Assembly (NCBI RefSeq): GCF_032444005.1
Contig: NC_091288.1
Span: 218,054,001-218,118,000 of the forward strand
Origin: Ranitomeya imitator
Taxonomy: Eukaryota
Direction of reading: 5' to 3'
Length of the DNA: 64,000 nt
Of this stretch, positions 1-9,574 are shown piece after piece; positions within the stretch are counted from its first letter, which is position 1; every line of letters starts with the position of its first letter. The notes below the pieces were generated by a model, which was not told the origin of the DNA, searched no databases, and worked only from the letters and a program-made list of their open reading frames with translations. The position numbers were made by a program, and so were the translations under genes.

Positions 1-1226
1 GATGACATAAGAGCAGACAAGAGTAGCCGGATGAATTCTGAAGTGGACCGGGATATACTTTCAGCCCAGATTCAGCCAAATGCTGCAAAGTTGATTGGAC
101 GGCGCTTCATAGTACAGATGGACAATGACCCCAAGCATACAGCCAAAGCTACCCAGGAGTTCATGAGTGCCAAAAAGTGGCACATTCTGCAATGGCCAAG
201 TCAATCTCCAGATCTAAACCCAATTGAGCATGCATTTCACTTGCTCAAATCCAGACTTAGGGTGCCGTCACACAGTGCAATTTTGATCGCTACGACGGCA
301 CGATTTGTGACGTTGCATCGTCGCTTAATTATCGTTTCAAACATCGTAGACTGCGGTCACACTACACGATGCACGGCGCTGAAGCGATAAATTCATGACG
401 TATTTGCGATGTAGAAGTCGTATGGGACAGTCGTACGGTCGTGTCACACACGACGATTCAGAGCAAATTTTGCATAATCTGTGCGTGACGTTGTTCACTG
501 GGGGCGTGTTGTGCTACTTGCTAGTGTGCTGATAGGCCAAAGGTTCTGTGCACACAATTGGTTGGAAAATTTGTCACCTGAGCGCTATTGTTCCCAATGC
601 CACCTCACTGCTTTCAAAATTTCCTTTCTTCACTTCGTACTTGGACACTTGGTGGACCTGGACATTGGAATTTTGTACTTCGCTGAATATACCACGCTTT
701 GCACCGCTGCTTCGAGGTATGTAAACCGCTTGGGCGTGGTGGATGGAACGCTGTATGGACGGCATGAGTGCTTCGTTCCACCGCTGAAGCGAAGCGGATG
801 GTACACTGTTGTGACTGGAGGGCTACAATGTGACAGATGGTACGCTGTTGTGACTGGTCGTGACTGGTGGGCTACAGCGTGGTAGATGGGACGCAGTTTG
901 GTCGGCATGACCGCTTCGTTCCGCCGCTGAAGCGATGCGGATGGTACGCTGTTGTGACTGCTTATGACCGGTTGTGTCTGTTGAGCTAGAGCGTGGCAGA
1001 TGGTACAATGTATGGTCACCATGAGCGCTTTGTGTGGCTGCTGTAGTGAAGCAGGCGGTACACTGTTTTGGGTTATGGTGGCCTATGGCGTGGCAGATGG
1101 AAGAAGCGATGGTAGGCATGAGTGCTTTGTGTGGCTGCTGTTGTTAAGCGTTTGACACACTGGCAAAAGTATTGTTTAAAGGACTCTTTGTCAACCGTGT
1201 AATTTTTTTTTATAATTATTTTTCAG

Positions 1227-2650
1227 ATGTCAAATCGTGTGGAGTTCATCAGGGATTTCATCGAGATTTATCAGTCTTTTCCCTGCCTCTGGAAAATAAA
1301 ATCTCCTGAGTATTGTAACAGGGAAAAGAGGAGGGAGGGTTACTTAAAGCTCATTGAGCTTTACAATCGTCATGCACCAGAAGAGGCAGCAAACGAAGCA
1401 GTTATTAAAAAGAAAATCCAGGCGCTCCGCACGGTGTGGAGGAAGGAGCTGAACAAGGTTCTTCAGACTACAAGGTCCGGAGCTTCCACTGAAGATGTTT
1501 ATGTGCCAAAACTTTGGTATTTTGAACATCTTAATTTTCTGAGGGACCAAGAGGTGCCACAGACTTCCACGTGTCTTCGCTTGTTGGCACCTGTGGAACC
1601 AATAGTTTCGGAGAACCACGCCGAGCAGGAGTCACAAGGGCAACAAGTAAGTAGCTCTTTGGACGAAAGTTCACCAATGTGTCCTATAATTACATAAATT
1701 TTCTCTGCATTTTATGTTTTATACTTCTGATTATCACATCAGTTTGAAGTTGTTACAAAAACATGTCCACATAAGTAACCCTGTCGCAGTAAAGTATTAT
1801 ATGGGGAACTTAATATGTATGAAATGGCGATATATCTAAACCATACCATCTAAGCAATATAGAAAATAGTATCGCTTCCAGCTGCAGATGTTTTCTTGTT
1901 GAGACTATTTAGACTATAAAATATTGGTCAGGTTCCCCTAGCAGTCAGAACAGTGTAGTTCAAAGTATTAAATAAAAGGGAGGGTTAAAGAATATTACTA
2001 AGCTTAAAATATATTATAATCTTTTTTTTTTACCTACTACGAATATATAGTTTGGATGCGGTTATGGTGGTACAACTTTTTGTTGCCGGGTTCATAACTT
2101 GTTTTTTTTTCCCCCCCCCCAGGATGACAGTGCGCAGGAGAGTACACTGGACTGTTCACAGGACTGCACGACAACTGATTTAGTGGAGGCTGCACCTGCC
2201 AGGACTCAATCGAGGCAAGGTCCAAGAAAACGGAAAGCCACCTCAGACGCCTCACATGAACTATTGAGCCTTGCAAAGAAGGTGTTGACAAGAAATGTTA
2301 GCCCTGCGTTGCAGGGGTTTGGACACTATGTGGTTGACAAACTGGCCAAAATGGACGACAACCAAAGAATACTAGCAGAGCGTCTGATTCTGGAAGCAGT
2401 GAACAGGGGTACAGATGGCGATTTGGACAAGAACACTTGTTTGGTCTCTTCCCGGCCAATACAGCGGACAGAGCCATCAAATTACAATGGTTGGTCACAG
2501 TGTCAGACATCGATGCGACACAATCCTCACGTTTCCCACTTCGGCCAGCCACCCCCTAATAACTCCTACACGCCAATACCGTCACATATGGCTTCGCCCA
2601 TCAGGCACCAAAGTTTTCAGCCGGAACAATCGTCGTATCATAATTTGTGA
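1227..2650 (+). CDS. Harbinger MADF/Myb-like DNA-binding partner protein, exons 1227-1646 and 2123-2650 (~315 aa)
   Basis: N-terminus FIRDFIEIYQSFPCLWKIKSPEYCNREKRREGYLKL...IKKKIQALRTVWRKEL fits the MADF pattern. Donor caa|gtaagt at 1646/1647 and acceptor ccccag|gat at 2122/2123 give an in-frame phase-0 join. C-terminal FGHYVVDKLAKMDDNQRILAERLILEAV is BESS-like. AATAAA at 2709. Confidence 0.85.
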
Positions 2651-2889
2651 TTTCCTAACTTCTTTTACATTCCTTTTTATTTTATTGTCTTGTTAAAATA
2701 ATGTTTCAAATAAAAGCTTTTATTAGAAATTCTATCACTACTTTTTGATTGGTGTGTCTCGATCACAGCACTGTATGAGGGCACAAATTAACGTAACAAA
2801 TTCATGTACAGTTAACTAAAAAAAAAAATCGAATGAAAGTTTAACAAAATCTTTTAATTGGAACAACAAAAAATGGATTATTGGCCCGC

Positions 2890-5481
2890 CTACAACTGCT
2901 GGCACATGTCCCGCAGCTTCTGCAGCTCCTCCATTGCCACATTGTGCTGCTCCTGAATACGCGCCATAGTGTGGATTAGCTTTTCTATGCCGGCTTCAAG
3001 ATCCTCCTTGTTGACAGTGACGAGAGCTGTGGGTCAAAAAACATAACATTAATAACACAGTAGTCTCCCGATGTGTCTTTGCTTCTGTGAAGGAAAAAAA
3101 AAAAAAACAGTCAGCATATAAGGGCAAAACTGACTTGGGGGGGGGGGGGGGGGGTGTTTGGGTTGGGGGTGAAAGAGTGGGCCTGCAACAAAATCAAAAT
3201 AACTTTATTGTGGGAACCTACTAGGATGTTGAGGCACGGAGGGCACTTCGGGATCTGAGTCTGTGTCGAATGCCTCGTGCTGTCGGCGGCGGCGCTGTCT
3301 CTTTGCCTCTGTGAAGGGAACAAAACAAAAAAAAGGTCTGTCAGCATATATGGCAACACTGGCTGCCGGGGGAGGGGGTGGGGGGGAAGAGGGGACCTGC
3401 AACTTAATCCAAATCACATAATTGTGGGAACCTACTAGGATCTGGAGGAGTAGACCCGGAGGGCACAGATGTAGAAGAGGCTGTGCGGGATGCCTCGTGG
3501 CGGCGGTGGTGCTGTGTCTTTGCCTCTGTGAAGGGAAAAAAAAAAAAAAAAGGTCTGTCAGCATATATGGCAACACTGGCTGCCGGGGGGGGGGGGGGAG
3601 GAGGGGACCTGCAACCAAATCCAAATCACATTATTGTGGGAACCTACTAGGATCAGTTGTCTTTGACCCGGAGGGCTCTGGGACTTCAGAGGCGGTGTGA
3701 GAAGCCTCGTCGCTACGGCGGCGCTGTCTCTTTGCCTCTGTGAAGGAAAAAAAAAGTTCGGTCAGCAGTTAGCTGTGCCACATAGTACTTTTCACCGTTC
3801 ATACTGTCCCATAGCTGTTGGACATAGTGGCTCTGCAACGTTCAAACTGTCCCATAGCTGTGGCACTGCAACGTTGAAACTGTCCCATAGGTGTGGCACA
3901 TAGTGGCTCTGCAACGTTCAAACTGTCCCATAACTGTGGCACATAGTGGCTCTGCAACGTTGAAACTGTCCCATAGCTGTGGCACATAGTGGCTCTGCAA
4001 CGTTCATACTGTCCCATAGCTGTTGGACATAGTGGCTCTGCAACGTTGAAACTGTCCCATAACTGTGGCACATAGTGGCTCTGCAACGTTCATACTGTCC
4101 CATAGCTGTGGCACATAGTGGCTCTGCAACGTTGAAACTGTCCCATAACTGTGGCACATAGTGGCTCTGCAACGTTCATACTGTCCCATAGCTGTGGCAC
4201 ATAGTGGCTCTGCAACGTTGAAACTGTCCCATAGGTGTGGCACATAGTGGCTCTGCAACGTTCATACTGTCCCATAGCTGTGGCACATAGTGGCTCTGCA
4301 ACGTTGAAACTGTCCCATAACTGTGGCACATAGTGGCTCTGCAACGTTCATACTGTCCCATAGCTGTGACACATAGTGGCTCTGCAACGTTGAAACTGTC
4401 CGATAGGTGTGGCACATAGTGGCTCTGCAACATTCATACTGTCCCATAGGTGTGGCACATAGTGGCTCTGCAACGTTCATACTGTCCCATAGCTGTGGCA
4501 CATAGTGGCTCTGCAACGTTCATACTGTCCCATAGCTGTGGCACATAGGGGCTCTGCAACGTTCAAACTGTTCCCATAGCTGTGACACATAGTGGCTCTG
4601 CAACGTTGAAACTGTCCGATAGGTGTGGCACATAGTGGCTCTGCAACATTCATACTGTCCCATAGGTGTGGCACATAGTGGCTCTGCAACGTTCATACTG
4701 TCCCATAGCTGTGGCACATAGTGGCTCTGCAACGTTCATACTGTCCCATAGCTGTGGCACATAGTGGCTCTGCAACGTTCATACTGTCCCATAGGTGTGG
4801 CACATAGTGGCTCTGCAACGTTCATACTGTCCCATAGCTGTGGCACATAGTGGCTCTGCAACGTTCATACTGTCCCATAGCTGTGGCACATAGTGGCTCT
4901 GCAACGTTCATACTGTCCCATAGCTGTGACACATAGTGGCTCTGCAACGTTCATACTGTCCCATAGCTGTGGCACATAGTGGCTCTGCAACGTTCATACT
5001 GTCCCATAGCTGTGGCACATAGGGGCTCTGCAACGTTCAAACTGTCCCATAGCTGTGACACATAGTGGCTCTGCAACGTTCAAACTGCCCCATAGCTGTG
5101 GCACATAGTGGCTCTGCAACGTTCATACTGTCCCATAGCTGTGACACATAGTGGCTCTGCAACGTTCAAACTGCCCCATAGCTGTGCCACATACTTTTGG
5201 GTACCTGAGTACTAACCTCTGCTAATCTCCTGGCGAAGCTCCTGCAGGCGCTCTGGGCTTTTCGACTTGAGATCGCCCCATTTTTTCACTATCTGGGCCT
5301 TGCTGCGCGTTATCCCAAACCGCTTCCTGAGGCCCTCAGACACCACACGGACAACTTCCTCCTTGTGCTGGTTGCGGTGCAGCACCATCCCTGTGGTTTC
5401 ATACTGCATCCTATCCATTGTTCCAATAAGGAACTTGAGCTCTGGGATGCCCATAGGTGGACCACGGCGACTGGCAGCCAT
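2890..5481 (-). CDS. Harbinger accessory gene A: Myb/SANT-like domain, repeated basic modules, C-terminal coiled coil (~222 aa). Exons 5481-5217, 3737-3648, 3525-3436, 3308-3222, 3026-2890
   Basis: Exon 1 MAASRRGPPMGIPELKFLIGTM...RFGITRSKAQIVKKWGDLKSK has the RS..Q..KKW.DLK signature of MSANTD/NAIF1-type domains. Donor G|gttagt. Three 87-90 nt phase 1-1 exons lie between ttcacag| and |gtaggt. The last exon TLVTVNKEDLEAGIEKLIHTMARIQEQHNVAMEELQKLRDMCQQL* is in frame. Total 669 nt, open. Confidence 0.75.
3775..5190. repeat. 43-bp tandem minisatellite (~33 copies) in intron 1 of accessory gene A
   Basis: Unit gtggcacatagtggctctgcaacgttcatactgtcccatagct. Alternating ttgaaa/ttcata variants give an 86-bp higher-order period around 3900-4400. 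Confidence 0.95.
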
Positions 5482-5763
5482 TATCACGATGTCAGGGGAC
5501 AAAAACAAGCTAGGGCAGGCACGCAGGAACGCTGTACGTCATCACGCCGTCATAGACCACGAGCGTACATTACGTGCCGCTCCGGCGTTATATAACGATC
5601 CTTCGAACGGCATTTACTATGTGCGTTCCTTTCGTAACGCTCAGTCGTCACAAATGTGACGCTGTTCATAAACGGCAACGCTATTGCGATGCCAATGGCG
5701 CGGCAGGACGGCGGAGCGCTGCTCCTCCTCTGGGCGTTGCTCTTCAGGGTCATTCCATCTAAA
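5482..5763. promoter_or_regulatory. Putative bidirectional promoter between accessory genes A and B
   Basis: 282-bp CpG-rich gap between two head-to-head ATGs (5481 on -, 5764 on +). Near-palindrome cgtcacaaatgtgacg at 5646-5661. Confidence 0.5.
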
Positions 5764-7646
5764 ATGGCGGCGAGAATGCGTTCTGCTCCTCTGGGGCAGC
5801 CAGAACTCCTTTTTTTTTATTTCCCAGATGGATGCCATGGATTACGAGGGTCTGGAGAGCCGCCCTGCCCACCCACACATCCACAAGCGGGAAGTGCTTG
5901 GCCACATAACAAGAATGATGGAGAGGAGGTTTGGCGTCTGCCGCAGTCAGCTTCAGCTGCGTAAAAAATGGGCTGACCTCCGCTATAAAACGCCACAAAT
6001 GTTTGCGGAGTTGCGTGCGGAGGCAAGGCGAGGCAAGTACTAGTATGGGGGGATTGGGAGATGCATGCTGTCAGGAGGGGGGGGTTTGGGAGGGAGGCTT
6101 GCGCTCATGGTTGCCAACTTCACCTCAAATGCATTAAAACACATGCCCCGTTTTTTAAAAATTTAGTTATTTTCCAAGCAGAATATGCGTTGTCCGTGAG
6201 AAAACTTGTCGGGTTCCCTAATCTCAACCACCATCTTGAAATTATTAAGATGTCCATAATTTTTACTTTCTCAATTTCCCATAAATATTAACGGAGGAGG
6301 TTGGCCTACTGATGAAATAATACGTTTTCCAAAGACAGGAAGACCATTGAACCCCAGAGCCCACAGACATGTCAGAGTATCGCACCCCTGTAAAGTGTGA
6401 TCTCGATTTTATGTTTGAGTATATTGTAAGCTTTGCTCTGCAGCACTCAACATTTGTGTGTAAACATTGTGATTCTTTACTTTAGGTGTAGAGAGACAGC
6501 GGCGGCGGCAAGTCAGACACACCATTGCCACCAGTACCCCATCTTCTGACACCAGTGGGAGCCCACAGTCCGGGACATCACGTAAGTTCACAATCATTTA
6601 TTGCATTTTTTTTAACATCACACGGGACATAACAGGGTAGCTGAAATATTTGAAGACATTACAGACGCAGTAATGACCCAGCGGCCTACCACACCTCCAC
6701 CATCTGTTGCGACCATGCACCCTCGCACCCCTGTGAAGTGTGATATAAATTTTATGTTTCAGTATATTGTTAGCTTTGATCTGCAGCACTCTACATGTGT
6801 TTTTAAAGATTGCGTTTGTTAACTTTCTGTGTAGAGAGACAGCGGCGGCAACAGGTACCTGCCATTGCCAGCAGCACCACAGCATCCACCACCAGCGGGA
6901 GCCCAGAGCCCGGGACGTCACGTAAGTTAACAATCATAGATTACAGTTTTTCAACTGCATACGGGACATAAGAGGGTAGCGGAAATATTTGAATACATTA
7001 CAGACGCAGTAATGACCCAGCGGCCTACCACGCCACCACCAGACAGCAGACGGCCTCGCACCCCTACACCACCCTCAACACCTCCCTTCCGACACTCCTC
7101 TTCCTCCCCCGGGTCGGCGGCATTCTCCCCAGAAGCTAACATACGTAAGTGACCAAAACAGCAAGCGCTTCCCAACGGCGTGTTCCATAGTTAACCAGAT
7201 CTGTTATAATTTCCTTTTACCTGCTGCAGCAGAGGCCAGATCGCTGGGATGGGACATTAGCAGCTCTGGTTCTGGCAATGAGGAACCGGCGTCCCTTCTC
7301 CGTAAGTATCAAGATAATGCGAGTGGTTTTCTGCTGGATGTCACCATAGACAACCAAAACTGTAAAATTTAATAAAATTTACATCGCCCTGTGGTGCCAG
7401 ACCAAATAGAAATTTACAACACAGAAAATTAGGTCCTGCCCCAGAGGTCGAGATGTATTTTCAGAGGAATCAACGTTGGTTCTCCAACCTCTTCTATCCA
7501 CAGAACCGCCCACCGTAAGAGAGCTCCTGGCGAGACAATTGCGACTGGAGCGGACAGCAGCGCTCCTGCAGCAGACAGCAGCGCTCCTCCAGAGTCAAGT
7601 GGAGCAGCAGGGCGTGACGCTGCGACACCTCTTGGGCCGGAGATAA
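5764..7646 (+). CDS. Harbinger accessory gene B: paralog of gene A (Myb/SANT-like, basic/Ser-Pro modules, coiled coil; ~279 aa core). Exons 5764-6032, 6492-6581, 6835-6921, 7004-7144, 7230-7301, 7465-7646; further small exons possible; +1 T in a homopolymer near 5810-5818
   Basis: Removing one T from a 9-T run gives MAARMRSAPLGQPELLFFISQMDAMDYE...RFGVCRSQLQLRKKWADLRYK, collinear with gene A. Donor is G|gcaagt (GC-AG consensus). Internal exons of 90, 87, 141 and 72 nt are all phase 1-1 with gtaagt donors. Last exon ...VRELLARQLRLERTAALLQQTAALLQSQVEQQGVTLRHLLGRR*. Confidence 0.7.
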
Positions 7647-7849
7647 TTTTTTTTTTTGGGGGGGGTTATGTTATATTTTGTTGTAAAATAATTTAAAACC
7701 AAGAAAGTGTTACAAAAAAACCAAAAATCTTCGCATTCTTTCTTTAATGTTTACCAAGCTATAAGGGTTAACAGCACCATTTTATAGGCATCACATTTAA
7801 AATTATTTAGAGAGGTTTATATGACAGCAAAGCAAAAAAAAAATTTTTT

Positions 7850-9574
7850 TTATACGGCGCGATCCTGCCAGGGTACAGCTCCAGAACCATTAAAGTACTG
7901 ACAGTATTTTTCGCGACAGTCCCTTGCATCGTCTGCCTGTCTGCCAGATCCAAGAGCTTGAAGAGCTGTAAAATTTTCAGGTTGTGTACGCCATTCCCCG
8001 GGCACAATATCTCCGGTTCGTGCGTCCACTGCATCAATAAACGAAGGAGGAGAATAGGAGCTCGTATCATGACGTCTCAGGAAATTATGGAGCACACAGC
8101 ATGCCAAAACCACAAAGTCTATAGTCGGCAGCTTCAAGTTGATAGCTGTGTGGAACACTCTAAACCGATTTGCCATAATCCCAAAGGCATTTTCAACCAC
8201 ACGACGGGCCCTCGACAACCGGTAATTAAAGATTCTGCGCTCCGGTGTGAGTGTTCTCTGTGCAAATGGCTTCAGCAAATGTGGATGAAGAGGGAAAGCT
8301 TCATCAGCGATGAAGACAAAATTTAGGTTTGCTTTTGTGTCTTCATTTAGTGGCAACAGCAGTTCATTGTTCCTCAAGCTTTCCCCAAATGAAGTGTGTT
8401 CAAAAACACCACCGTCGGAGACTCGACCATTCATGCCAACATCTACATCGACAAACTCATAGTTCGCATTGACAAGGGCCATGAGGATCACACTGAAATA
8501 TCCTTTGTAGTTGAAAAAGAAGGATCCAGAGTTGGCTGGTTGCGTGATGCGCACATGCTTTCCATCTAATGCACCACCGCAGTTTGGAAACTGCCACAGC
8601 TCATCAAAATCGGAAGCAATCCTCTTCCAGTCATCCGCCGTCTTGGGAAACTGCAAGATGAGAAGGAAACATGTACAAATTAGGTCAAATATATTATGCA
8701 CATACACTCTCATGTGCACATCCTACAGTGAATGAGGCGCAGTATGGATTAGTATAACAAAGTCAACAACACAGAGTATGCAGGCAGCCATTTTTTCAGA
8801 TGGCTTCGGTGACTCAGAGGGGGTGCTAAACAATATATCTAAATTATATAATCAATAAAATTACGTTGGGAGCAGCAAATAAAAGAAGGGTGGCGCAGGG
8901 TTGGAGCAGCACATATCAGAATGGAGCCGCAAAATGGTAGCAGCACATGTCAGAATGGAGGCGCAGGATCACAGCAGCACATGTCTGAATGGGGGCGCAG
9001 GATGGGAGCAGCACATGATAGGATGTAGAACATATACCAATAGAAATGCTCGCCATCAGGGCGTAGAACGGGTTCAATAGCTAGTATAATATATCGACAT
9101 AACACAGCAGCCAAAAAAATATAGTAGTACCTCCATATAATGCCTTAAGCTCTGCACAATGGCCTCGCATGTCTCCGGAATCACAACGCTCAGGAAAGGT
9201 CTGGAAACAGCTGCGGAAAACTGCAAATCCTGAAGAGACCTTCCTGTTGCCAGGAAGCGCAGTGTCACCGCCAACCTTTCCTCCACGGGCACGGCTGCAC
9301 GCATCGGCGTATCACACCTTTGTATGAGTGGCGTAACAGCAGACAGTATTATCTTGAAGGATTCCTCGGACATCCGAAGGTAGTTTCGGAAATCATGAGG
9401 GTTATTGTCACGTAACTCTCTTATGAGACCCATGTGTGACAATGTGGATCTTTTCTGCAGCCAGCTCCGGGTCCACATGCGACGTTTTCGTTTAGGACGT
9501 CTCTCCTCTTGGAGACGTGCTGCCTCAAACACCAGGGCAGCAGCAACAACAGAACTCTCATCGGAAGTGAGCAT
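7850..9574 (-). CDS. Harbinger (HARBI1-like, DDE_Tnp_4-type) transposase, exons 9574-9131 and 8650-7850 (~414 aa), uninterrupted
   Basis: Motifs FRNYLRMSEESF, VEERLAVTLRFLATG, GALDGKH, DGGVF, ADEAFPL, RRVVENAFG, VLACCVLHNF. Donor gag|gtacta and acceptor ttgcag|ttt are in frame. No stops or frameshifts. Confidence 0.93.
8860..9084 (+). mobile_element. Helitron-like 3' end fragment inside the transposase intron (5' boundary uncertain)
   Basis: gcagcacatg...aggatggga repeats followed by ...aaatgctcgccatcagggcgtagaacgggttcaatagCTAG|t, nearly identical to the CTAG-terminated end at 35770-35838. Confidence 0.55.

Noticed and set aside
481-1119. ORFs of 98-134 aa in the Harbinger left subterminal region
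   Set aside because: They overlap degenerate direct repeats (gctgttgtgact, ggcatga...), have no recognisable motif or splice support, and occur on both strands.
3799-4732. Series of near-identical 70-95 aa ORFs (MQSHYVPQLWDS...) that could look like a repeat-spacer array
   Set aside because: These are translations of the 43-bp tandem repeat. There are no unique spacers and no cas genes, so it is not CRISPR.
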